Shown here: piece by piece, positions 24,724 through 32,503 of the stretch
How positions within the stretch are numbered: the stretch's first letter is position 1
Layout of the letters: each line of letters opens with the position of its first letter
Virus record (IMG/VR): IMGVR_UViG_3300046747_000434
Coordinates: 1 to 41,216 of that record
Strand: one strand, 5' to 3'
Origin: a virus
Length of the DNA: 41,216 bases
Position numbers and translations under genes: made by a program
The notes under the pieces: model-generated
Seen by the model: only the letters and a program-made list of their open reading frames with translations
What the model was told of the DNA's origin: nothing
The model's database searches: none

Positions 24724-26642
24724 TCGTGGCGCATCAGGTCCTATTCCCGGCTACTGGGCTGACCGTCTATGACGAGTTCGGCAATCTTGTGCCGTCCACG
24801 GGGATCGGGCCTGTCGACACGTCGTCAGCTTACTACGCCGAACAGATGCGCCAAGGTCGACTGGGGACGGTGGACCCGCTCAGTGTGAATCACCCGCCAG
24901 CTCCAGGTGTGTACGCGCCCGTGACGCTCGGGCTCGTGACGACGCAGCTCGCGGGATACGCGATTCAGCGGGATACGCAGTATGTCACCACCAGCGGATA
25001 CGCCACGCCAGGAGACGGCGGCGGCATGACGTTTCAGGGCGCGCTGGGCGTGTCAGCCGGAGCTGACGGCTACATCAAGATCAACGCCAACAATGGGCAG
25101 TGGCGAGCGCTCACGCCGTCACAACTCGGGTACATGGACCCGCGGTGGTTTGGCGCACGGTGGGATGACACGACAGGGGTCGATGACACGGACGCGATCA
25201 ACCTTGCGATAACGACTGCGGTCGCAGCGGGCCTGAAGTCCACCTACCTGCCAGCGGGTACCGCACTAATTTGCAGCTCGACGGCTCAGGATGGAGTCAT
25301 ATGTCCAATCGGCCATCGATTGTTCGGCTCAGGATCGATCACAACAAAGCTTCGCGTGGGCGCCAACGCGTCTGATGGTAATGGAAACTTCGGCTTCGAC
25401 ACAGGCGCCCGGTATGCGGTCTACATTGCCGGCGCCTACACTGACGCGGAGGGCTTTGGAATCACAGTCGACAATGCCGATCTAGTAGATCCTCGGTCAC
25501 CATTGCCGCTGGCCAATCAGAGACACGGGCTTTTGTACCAAGGTTACGCGGCTTCGCTCAGACTGATCGATGTGTATGGCGTGTCTGGCGCGGGCTTCCG
25601 TGGCCTCGGCAGTTCATTTCAAGTGGCGATCTTTGGTATCGTCACCTCAAACACCGGTAACCACGGAATATGGCTGACCGGAAATAACACATGGATCGTA
25701 GAGCACTGCAGCGCAGCCGCAGTGCCGGACGGTCATAGCGGACTAAAGATCGACGGCGGCCAGGCGTTTGTAAGCGTATTCAACAGTCTGTTCACGAACT
25801 ATTTTTATGGTGGGCTGCCGTCGAGATGGGACCCTGTCACCAATCCAACAGGTTGGCGCGAGCAACTCACCAACTGCGCCGAGATATCAGCTGACTGTGT
25901 GTTCGTCGCGTGCAACTTCGAGGAGTTCACCGGGTGCGGGATCAAGGTCGGAAGTCCACGCGCACCAGTGCTCCTAGGCTGCACCTTCTATTCGTACAAG
26001 GGCGGATCCATCGGGGCCGGTGGGTGTCGCGGGGTGGAAGCGACCTTCATCAACACTCCGGTAGATCTGAACGGTAGTAACAACTTCTTCCCTCCATCCT
26101 ACGGAGGCTGGGGAGACCCAGCAACTGGCGTTCTTGATGGTTGCGCGTTTAGTTGTCGCGGATCGTCGCTGCCGCCATTCACCTATCCGTACAAGGATTT
26201 CGGTCCCATCTACTCTTACGGATCCAGCGCAGCTCTCACGATCTACGCGCAGAGCTTTTTGCAGGTTGGAAACGTTCAGTTAGCCACCAGATTCCCCAGC
26301 GTTCATATCGATAAGGCCCAGTTTCCCCGAACGGCGATAACCGCCGCCGGAAACATTGGTTTCGGTCACAGCCTTTGCGATGTCTCTGCGGCTGGGTACA
26401 CAGTGCACCTCCCGTCTCCTGTCACAGACAGCGGTGACGAGTGTGTTGTATCGATCATGAAAGGCGCGAATACGCTTACCGTGGACGCGGTGTCGGGATA
26501 CCCAATTTTCGACGGGACTGGCGGGGCGGCGTTGACGTGGGCGATAACGGGACTGCACAAGTCCGTAACTTTCCGGCGCGGCAAAGGCCAATATCTCGGG
26601 TCAACCTTCGACGGCTGGGTGATCTCAGCAAAGAACTACTGA
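24720..26642 (+). CDS. Tailspike/tail fibre with a pectate-lyase-like right-handed beta-helix (probable polysaccharide depolymerase)
   Basis: DPRWFGARWDDTTGVDDTDAINLAITTAVAAGLKSTYLPAGTALI resembles the Pectate_lyase_3 N-cap motif, followed by repetitive G/N/V-rich turns. TTG (24720) or GTG (24726) start. Confidence 0.75.
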   Translation: MIVAHQVLFPATGLTVYDEFGNLVPSTGIGPVDTSSAYYAEQMRQGRLGTVDPLSVNHPPAPGVYAPVTLGLVTTQLAGYAIQRDTQYVTTSGYATPGDGGGMTFQGALGVSAGADGYIKINANNGQWRALTPSQLGYMDPRWFGARWDDTTGVDDTDAINLAITTAVAAGLKSTYLPAGTALICSSTAQDGVICPIGHRLFGSGSITTKLRVGANASDGNGNFGFDTGARYAVYIAGAYTDAEGFGITVDNADLVDPRSPLPLANQRHGLLYQGYAASLRLIDVYGVSGAGFRGLGSSFQVAIFGIVTSNTGNHGIWLTGNNTWIVEHCSAAAVPDGHSGLKIDGGQAFVSVFNSLFTNYFYGGLPSRWDPVTNPTGWREQLTNCAEISADCVFVACNFEEFTGCGIKVGSPRAPVLLGCTFYSYKGGSIGAGGCRGVEATFINTPVDLNGSNNFFPPSYGGWGDPATGVLDGCAFSCRGSSLPPFTYPYKDFGPIYSYGSSAALTIYAQSFLQVGNVQLATRFPSVHIDKAQFPRTAITAAGNIGFGHSLCDVSAAGYTVHLPSPVTDSGDECVVSIMKGANTLTVDAVSGYPIFDGTGGAALTWAITGLHKSVTFRRGKGQYLGSTFDGWVISAKNY

Positions 26643-27346
26643 TGTCACGCAGAGCAAACCGTAGACAGCGATTCCTTTCTTTCGCCCAGCCAGACCCGTT
26701 CGTGATGGGCGGAGCAAGCCGCGCCTGGCGCGCAGAAGACTCCGCTAATGACGGGTCGAATACTACCAGCCTTCCGCCATATATCGGCAGTCTAACGCTC
26801 GTCAAAAACGCAGCCGGTCAGGCCGTAAAATCCGCGTCTGCAAACTTCGGCGGGAAGGCTGTTGTTCCGTTTTTGGTAGCTGGCAACAGGGCGTACAGCG
26901 GATCATTCGCCGTGCCCGCTGCTATGACCGTTATCAGTGTTTGGCGCATCTCTGCAACTAATGCAGGGTTACACGCCATTACCGTATCGGATGCTGTCAA
27001 CACGGGGAACAGTTGCTACTTGGATCTCGGCAACATCTCCGCACAAAAGCTGGCAGTACCGCTCGCGCAAGCGCAGGCGGTACCAATCAAGCTAGTCTCG
27101 GCGTCTGTGTTCACGGCCGCAGGAATCACGCATTACGTAAACAGCCTTACGCCGACCAGTTCGGCCGTCGTCGGAGCGCTCACGGGCGACAAGTTTACGC
27201 TTGGCGCGATCACGGCCGTCGGCACATACGTCGCCACGGGCGAATGGAGAAAAACTGCGCAGTGGGACAGGGCGCTATCCAACGCCGAGGTAGGCGCACA
27301 GCTTGCCGTACTCGGAACCCAAGAAGGAATCGTCATAGCCCCATAG
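26642..27346 (+). CDS. Hypothetical tail-associated protein, 234 aa (possible LamG/concanavalin-like fold)
   Basis: TGATG coupling to the tailspike gene. The C-terminal WDRALSNAEVGAQL resembles the ending of Laminin_G_3 domains. Confidence 0.55.
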   Translation: MSRRANRRQRFLSFAQPDPFVMGGASRAWRAEDSANDGSNTTSLPPYIGSLTLVKNAAGQAVKSASANFGGKAVVPFLVAGNRAYSGSFAVPAAMTVISVWRISATNAGLHAITVSDAVNTGNSCYLDLGNISAQKLAVPLAQAQAVPIKLVSASVFTAAGITHYVNSLTPTSSAVVGALTGDKFTLGAITAVGTYVATGEWRKTAQWDRALSNAEVGAQLAVLGTQEGIVIAP

Positions 27347-27363
27347 CCCCATAAGGAGTACCC

Positions 27364-27666
27364 ATGGATCATCTACTCGACCTCATCCCAGCCCAGCACC
27401 GCCCGATCGCCACCGCGCTGTGGTCTCTCCTGCGCGCCATCCTCGAGTTCGCAGGCGGCACGAGCGCCGTGCTCGCGATGACTCGCGGCGTGCTCAACAA
27501 GGTGCGCCCCGGCCGCACGCGCGCTGTGCTCGAGGCGCTCGATTTGCTGCTCCACCGATTCGCGATCAACACCGAGCCTCTTATTGCCAGGTCGGCACCA
27601 AAGGACTCGATCATTGATCGCATTGCCGACTCTGCCACGGAAATCGTGAACAAGAGCAAACCGTGA
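27364..27666 (+). CDS. Hypothetical protein, 100 aa (holin candidate by position only)
   Basis: AAGGAG RBS. One hydrophobic stretch, IATALWSLLRAILEFAGGTSAVLAM. Lies upstream of the endolysin gene. Confidence 0.45.
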   Translation: MDHLLDLIPAQHRPIATALWSLLRAILEFAGGTSAVLAMTRGVLNKVRPGRTRAVLEALDLLLHRFAINTEPLIARSAPKDSIIDRIADSATEIVNKSKP

Positions 27667-27706
27667 AGCGTCCATCTGTGGCCGCAGTGCAAAGGAGACT
27701 CCGACG

Positions 27707-27871
27707 ATGGACAACGAAGCGAAGCAAGCATACACGCGGATGACAGACGCTATCACCGTGCTCTCGACGATCGCGATGCAGCTGCGCGACGCGGTGACCG
27801 ATCTGCGCGCGGTGTGCCAGGTACTCGCCATGCAGGGCGATCGGGGGGTGAGAGATGCACCCGCAGAGTGA
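27707..27871 (+). CDS. Hypothetical small protein, 54 aa
   Basis: Hand-translated. AAAGGAG RBS before the ATG. Overlaps the endolysin start. Confidence 0.35.
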   Translation: MDNEAKQAYTRMTDAITVLSTIAMQLRDAVTDLRAVCQVLAMQGDRGVRDAPAE

Positions 27872-28280
27872 CACCGCACTACTCGTGCCTGCGTTCTGGG
27901 AGCGCCTGGAGCCTGCCTTGCGCGAGCTGCGCGGCCAGGGATTCCACCCTGTGGTTCACGAGACGCTACGCTCACTGGCGCGCTCTGAGGCGCTCGTTGC
28001 AGCCGGTAAGAGTAAGTCCGTGGGCCCGTCGATGCACTGCTACGGACTGGCGGCAGACGTCGTCTGCGGAGTGCACGGGTATGACTGCAAGCGTCACCAC
28101 TGCCCGTTCTTCACCGAGTACGGGCTTGCCGTCGAGCGTCACCGTTTGACATGGGGCGGGCGGTGGAAGACGCTGGTCGACTCGCCGCACAGCCAGGCCA
28201 TACCCGTAGCGCTCCAAAACAAGGCGCGCGCGATGCCCGCTGACCAGCTAGACGCCTTCGTGCGCAGCGTACTCGGCTGA
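27855..28280 (+). CDS. Endolysin, peptidase M15 (VanY / L-Ala-D-Glu peptidase-like)
   Basis: Zn-ligand pattern H..(SMHCYGLAADV)..(DSPHSQ), typical of M15 cell-wall peptidases. Confidence 0.8.
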   Translation: MHPQSDTALLVPAFWERLEPALRELRGQGFHPVVHETLRSLARSEALVAAGKSKSVGPSMHCYGLAADVVCGVHGYDCKRHHCPFFTEYGLAVERHRLTWGGRWKTLVDSPHSQAIPVALQNKARAMPADQLDAFVRSVLG

Positions 28281-28657
28281 TGGACCCAACAACGTTAGTA
28301 GTCGCAGGTAGCACGATTGCTGTTGGCATCGGCGCTTTGCTCAAGGGATGGGGCAAGCGTGATGAGGCCAGCGCAGCCGGCGTGCTGGCGCTGGTCGGCC
28401 AGATCGAGGCACTGAACGGTCGATGTAACACGCTCGAGTCAGAGGTGCTCGTGCTGCGCGCTGATCTCGAGAAAGCCACCACGGACCACGCTGCAGAGCG
28501 GGAGCAGCGCATCCACTATGAGGGCCAGGTGAAGCTCCTACAGACCGAACTGGCGACCACCAAAGCGGCAGCGCGCAGGCTCACCGAGGAATGGGAACAG
28601 GACAAGCTTCGGGGGCGTCCAACGCACAGCAGCGAGCGTCCGGGCAAGCGGCGCTAG
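28280..28657 (+). CDS. Spanin-like protein (N-terminal TM plus coiled coil), 125 aa
   Basis: LVVAGSTIAVGIGALL membrane segment followed by a heptad-like coil. TGATG coupling to the endolysin gene. Confidence 0.5.
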   Translation: MDPTTLVVAGSTIAVGIGALLKGWGKRDEASAAGVLALVGQIEALNGRCNTLESEVLVLRADLEKATTDHAAEREQRIHYEGQVKLLQTELATTKAAARRLTEEWEQDKLRGRPTHSSERPGKRR

Positions 28658-29505
28658 GCCACCCCCGGGTACAGCCTGTCCAGCAATTCCACGCCCGGGC
28701 AGGCCATGTCGCGCAGTACCTGTAGGCACAGGTTAGCGCTCAGGACGAGGTACCGCTCACCAGCAGCGTAAGCAGCAGCGTCAGCAGCGCGAGCAGCGCG
28801 AGCAGCGCGAGCAGCGGAAGCAGCAGCGTAAGCAGCGCGAGCAGCAGCGTTAGCAGCAGCGTAAGCAGCAGCGTAAGCAGCAGCGTCAGCAGCGTTAGCA
28901 GCAGCGTAAGCAGCAGCGTAAGCAGCGCGAGCAGCAGCGTTAGCAGCAGCGTAAGCAGCAGCGTAAGCAGCAGCGTCAGCAGCGTTAGCAGCAGCGTAAG
29001 CAGCAGCGTAAGCAGCGGAAGCAGCAGCGTCAGCAGCGGGAGAAGCAGCGGAAGCAGCAGCGTAAGCAGCGGAAGCAGCGTCCTTGGTCCCCTCTTTTTC
29101 GCAGCGGTCGGCGGCCTCGCGGCAACGTTGGTGCACTGGCGAGGTGGCAGTGAACAGTTCGCGGAACAGCGTGGGCAGCAGCACACGGATGTGCGCCTCG
29201 GCGATACGGCGCGCGAAGTCCAACCCGTCGAGCGTATCGCTACCGAGCTGGGCGACTGCGATGTCGCGAAGCCCACGCGCGCGGGACTCGTCGCTCTCCC
29301 AGCGCTGCGAGTCGTTCAGCGTGATCTTGAAGCCGCGCACAACGGGGTTGACGCAGGCAGGGTCGTCGCCGAAGGGGAGGCCCATGGCTTGGCTGATGGC
29401 GGCCTCCACGCACATCTTGCCGTCCGGCTTACCCGCGCCAGTGCAAAGACCGCGCGCAAGTATCGCTTCGAATACAGGTTGGTTGAATGCTGATAGATCG
29501 GTCAT
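28654..29505 (-). CDS. Ala-rich periodic-repeat protein, paralog P2 (283 aa)
   Basis: N-terminal domain MTDLSAFNQPVFEAILARGLCTG..., a long AAYAAAYAAANAADAAAY... repeat, and a conserved ERYLVLSANLCLQVLRDMACPGVELLDRLYPG tail. Confidence 0.85.
   Translation of the reverse strand: MTDLSAFNQPVFEAILARGLCTGAGKPDGKMCVEAAISQAMGLPFGDDPACVNPVVRGFKITLNDSQRWESDESRARGLRDIAVAQLGSDTLDGLDFARRIAEAHIRVLLPTLFRELFTATSPVHQRCREAADRCEKEGTKDAASAAYAAASAASPAADAAASAAYAAAYAAANAADAAAYAAAYAAANAAARAAYAAAYAAANAADAAAYAAAYAAANAAARAAYAAASAARAARAARAADAAAYAAGERYLVLSANLCLQVLRDMACPGVELLDRLYPGVA
28756..29083 (-). repeat. GCT-codon repeat array in P2, including a perfect 90-bp tandem duplication (28831-28920 = 28921-29010)
   Basis: The block agcagcgcgagcagcagcgttagc...gcagcgta recurs exactly 90 nt later. 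Several reading frames are open across the array. Confidence 0.85.
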
Positions 29506-30431
29506 GTCAGGTTGCCTTTCGTGAGCTTCTGAATCTCGTGTCGCACCACCAAGTAGCTAGCCCATAAGCGCTGAGCTACCGGACGCTGGTGAAAGTCCGG
29601 CTTCGCGTACATCACCTCGCGCAGGAAGCCAGGTGGCACCTCGGTGTACTTCTTGCCGGGGTACCGCTTCGCATCGGCGGCGAAAACTGGCGGATCCATC
29701 GGGGGCGCGTGCAGTCCGTGCTCGTCTGCTGCGCCGGAGGCGATGCTGAACGCGTTGAATATCTCATCGCACAGGTCGTTGTGGCGGCCCACCCAGTCGA
29801 CGTTAGTAGTCGCAGAAGATTCCGTGCGGGACGTCGTCCCAGTCACCGAGATCGCAGCTGGGGCACCGACCGTTGGCGCGGAGCCTGGTGCCGTGTTCTG
29901 GGCATTCTTCTGGGGCTGCTCTTTTGGGCGCTCCTCGTGGTCACCTCCACCGGCCACGTCGTCAAGCGACCGCGCAACCTTGCCCGGGCGTTTCGCGGCA
30001 TGCTCGAACCGCTCGTTAGAGTCGTGCTCAGGGTCCTCTGTGACGCCACCAGCGAGCTGGCAGACGCGCAGCATGGCCGTGCGGTCGAGCGCTGTGCTCG
30101 CGATGTATGCGGCCTTGTCGCCAGCGTGAGTTGTCGCCGCGAAGGCGTACTCACGAATCTCACCGCTCTCGTGGATCAGCTCGAACACTCCGCGCCACAA
30201 CCAGACAATACTCGCTCCAGCCTTGTCGGCAACAGGCTGCGCGCACACGAAGATCACATCTTTTTGCACGAGGGTGAGACCGTACGTGAGTAGCGCCTCC
30301 CGTGCGCCGCTTGTCAGCACGTGTTCGTGGCCGACGTATGGGTAGTTCTGATGCGCGTTTTTGCCCGCCTTGTTGACGACAACCGCGCACGCGATGCGCG
30401 CCAGTTTCAGCGCTTTCCCAAGTTCGCTCAC
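29502..30431 (-). CDS. erf: Erf-like single-strand annealing protein
   Basis: N-terminal KNAHQNYPYVGHEHVLTSGAREALLTYGLTLVQ and DKAAYIASTALDRTAML fit the ERF pattern. A disordered C-terminal half. GTGA coupling to the exonuclease gene. Confidence 0.7.
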   Translation of the reverse strand: MSELGKALKLARIACAVVVNKAGKNAHQNYPYVGHEHVLTSGAREALLTYGLTLVQKDVIFVCAQPVADKAGASIVWLWRGVFELIHESGEIREYAFAATTHAGDKAAYIASTALDRTAMLRVCQLAGGVTEDPEHDSNERFEHAAKRPGKVARSLDDVAGGGDHEERPKEQPQKNAQNTAPGSAPTVGAPAAISVTGTTSRTESSATTNVDWVGRHNDLCDEIFNAFSIASGAADEHGLHAPPMDPPVFAADAKRYPGKKYTEVPPGFLREVMYAKPDFHQRPVAQRLWASYLVVRHEIQKLTKGNLT

Positions 30432-31144
30432 AGCTCACCTCTCTTTAGCCTGTCGACCTCAGCCATGAAAATAGGCACTTCAGCGCGAATCCTCGCGATC
30501 ACGGCTTCGTGCCTACGAATCGGGTACGCGCGCAGCTTGAAGCACGGTGCGCAGAGATGCAGCACGAGTAGCGCGCCCCACTCCGCGCCGGTCACCGCCA
30601 GCTCAGTCTGTACCTGCAGCTGGTAGTCCAGCGGCGGCCCCTTAGACCACACAGCAGTGGACTCCGCGCCGCTTTTCTGCGGCTTGCAGTCCTCGGTAGC
30701 CTGGCACGTGGTGGCCTTGATCTGCACGATTGAGAGGCCGAGGTCATCCGCGTTCACGTCGACGCTCTCGACGTGCGGAACGTACAGCTCAAACTTTCCT
30801 CCGGCCTTGCGCCAGCGCACACGCAGATCACTTTGTGGAGTGAGCAACAGGTAGTCCGGAGTCGCACCGAGCAGAGGACACGACGCGTCCACGCGCAGCA
30901 CGCCAGCCTCGTGCAGCTTCCACCCGAACTTGCGCATCGCCATACGTGCAATCGCCGGCTCGAGATCGAGGCCGATGTCGGTCTGCTCGCTACCGGCCCA
31001 CTCCTCGGCGAGTCCGGCCTTCTCCATGCGCAATTGCTCGCGCGTCTTGTACTTCGACTCGCCAAGTATAGCGGCAACGTCGCTGGCAGTTACGAGCAGC
31101 CGGCGCGCAGCGAGCCACGCTGCGCGGTCTGAGCTATGTGTCAT
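30428..31144 (-). CDS. YqaJ-type (lambda Exo-like) recombination exonuclease
   Basis: RRLLVTASDVAAILGESKYKTREQLRMEKAG is a YqaJ N-terminal motif. Adjacent to the annealase gene. Confidence 0.8.
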   Translation of the reverse strand: MTHSSDRAAWLAARRLLVTASDVAAILGESKYKTREQLRMEKAGLAEEWAGSEQTDIGLDLEPAIARMAMRKFGWKLHEAGVLRVDASCPLLGATPDYLLLTPQSDLRVRWRKAGGKFELYVPHVESVDVNADDLGLSIVQIKATTCQATEDCKPQKSGAESTAVWSKGPPLDYQLQVQTELAVTGAEWGALLVLHLCAPCFKLRAYPIRRHEAVIARIRAEVPIFMAEVDRLKRGEL

Positions 31145-31284
31145 CCGGCCCGCCTCCTGACATTGAGAACGAAATGGTTAGCTACGCCAAGAGCGACCAT
31201 CAGCGCGCAACCAAATGCAGATCCATAAACAGCCTGCGATACGGCTGCGCCAAGCCAACACGCACCGCTTAGCCACAGCAGCAT
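31141..31284 (-). CDS. Small hydrophobic (membrane) protein, 47 aa
   Basis: MLLWLSGACWLGAAVSQAVYGSAFGCALMVALGVANHFVL. TGATG overlap with the P3 stop and ATGA overlap with the exonuclease start. Confidence 0.5.
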   Translation of the reverse strand: MLLWLSGACWLGAAVSQAVYGSAFGCALMVALGVANHFVLNVRRRAG

Positions 31285-32018
31285 CACGCTGCCCCCGGGT
31301 ACAGGCGATCCAGCAGCTCCACACCTGGGCAGGCCATGTCGCGCAGTACCTGTAGGCACAGGTTAGCGCTCAGCACAAGGTAACGCTCACCAGCAGCTCC
31401 AGCAGCGCGAGCAGCTCCAGCAGCGTAAGCAGCAGCGGAAGCAGCGTAAGCAGCGTAAGCAGCAGCAGCGCGATCAGCGGAAGCAGCGTAAGCAGCGTAA
31501 GCAGCAGCAGCGCGATCAGCGTAAGCAGCGCGAGAAGCGTAAGCAGCAGCGTGAGCAGCGTCAGCAGCGCAAGCAGCAGCGTGATAAGCAGCGTGCTTGC
31601 TCCCCTCTTTTTCGCAGCGGTCGGCGGCTTCGCGGCAGCGTTGGTGCGCTGGTGACGCGTCGGTGAACAGCTCGCGGAACAGCGTGGGCAGCAGCACACG
31701 GATGTGCGCCTCGGCGATACGGCGCGCGAAGTCCACACCATCGAGCGTGTCGCTACCGAGTTGCGCGACTGCGATGTCGCGAAGCCCACGCGCGCGGGAA
31801 TCGTCGCTCTCCCAGCGTGGAGAGTCGTTGAGCGTGATCTTGAATCTGCGCACAGCAGGGTGGACACACGCGGGGTCATCGCCGAACGGGAGGCCCATCG
31901 CCTGCGAGATAGCGGCCTCCACGCACATCTTGCCATCGGCGCGTCCCACGCCAGTGCACAACCCACGCGCAAGTATCGCCTCGAATACAGGTTGGTTGAA
32001 TGCTGATAGATCGGTCAT
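31284..32018 (-). CDS. Ala-rich periodic-repeat protein, paralog P3 (244 aa)
   Basis: The ATG at 32018 follows a GGAG RBS and overlaps the upstream stop (ATGA). Same N- and C-terminal modules as P2 and P4. Confidence 0.85.
   Translation of the reverse strand: MTDLSAFNQPVFEAILARGLCTGVGRADGKMCVEAAISQAMGLPFGDDPACVHPAVRRFKITLNDSPRWESDDSRARGLRDIAVAQLGSDTLDGVDFARRIAEAHIRVLLPTLFRELFTDASPAHQRCREAADRCEKEGSKHAAYHAAACAADAAHAAAYASRAAYADRAAAAYAAYAASADRAAAAYAAYAASAAAYAAGAARAAGAAGERYLVLSANLCLQVLRDMACPGVELLDRLYPGAA
31391..31592 (-). repeat. GCT-codon repeat array in P3
   Basis: Encodes AAYHAAACAADAAHAAAYASRAAYADRAAAAYAAYAASADRAAAAYAAYAASAAAYAAGAARAAGAAG. Contains an internal duplication of the DRAAAAYAAYAAS unit. 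Confidence 0.8.
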
Positions 32019-32392
32019 TTGGAGTCTCCAATCCACGGTCCACGACCTAGGCGTTCGCGACCTTCGTCTGACATTGCAAAGCTGACCATCTTATCCTGTG
32101 AGTCGGCCACCCAAGCGCGTCCGCTCGCTTGGCAGTCCCATCCGGTGTAATCGCAGCCGGCTTCGAGGTAGAAGTAGCGCCCGTCCTTGAGGCGACCACA
32201 GCACACCCACGAAGGACCGTCGTTTTCGCCGTCGCTGCTCGCGTAGATCACGTCCACGTCGGCAAGCCCGAACGTATCCACGCTGCAATCACTACCCGCC
32301 GACAGCTCCGGCACCCCGGCGTTGTACGCGCCGCCAGAAAAACCAAAGGCCTCTTTCCAGTCGAAGTCGTTTATCATCTGCTCGAAATTCAT
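32015..32392 (-). CDS. Hypothetical protein, 125 aa (MNFEQMINDFDWKEAFGF...)
   Basis: AGGTGAGG RBS before the ATG at 32392. Coupled to P3. Confidence 0.6.
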   Translation of the reverse strand: MNFEQMINDFDWKEAFGFSGGAYNAGVPELSAGSDCSVDTFGLADVDVIYASSDGENDGPSWVCCGRLKDGRYFYLEAGCDYTGWDCQASGRAWVADSQDKMVSFAMSDEGRERLGRGPWIGDSK

Positions 32393-32503
32393 TTCGTCCT
32401 CACCTGCAGCGCCACATGCGTCACCCACACGTAGCCAGCTGCGATCAACTTGTTGCGTTTCGACATGCCTCATCGTGACATCGCGCCATCGCGACTGCAA
32501 GCG

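Noticed and set aside
28756-29083. Possible CRISPR array or other spacer-repeat structure in the highly repetitive GCAGC tracts.
   Set aside because: The units are 9-21 nt with no unique spacers. The tract lies in frame within a protein-coding gene that has conserved flanking domains. No cas genes are present.
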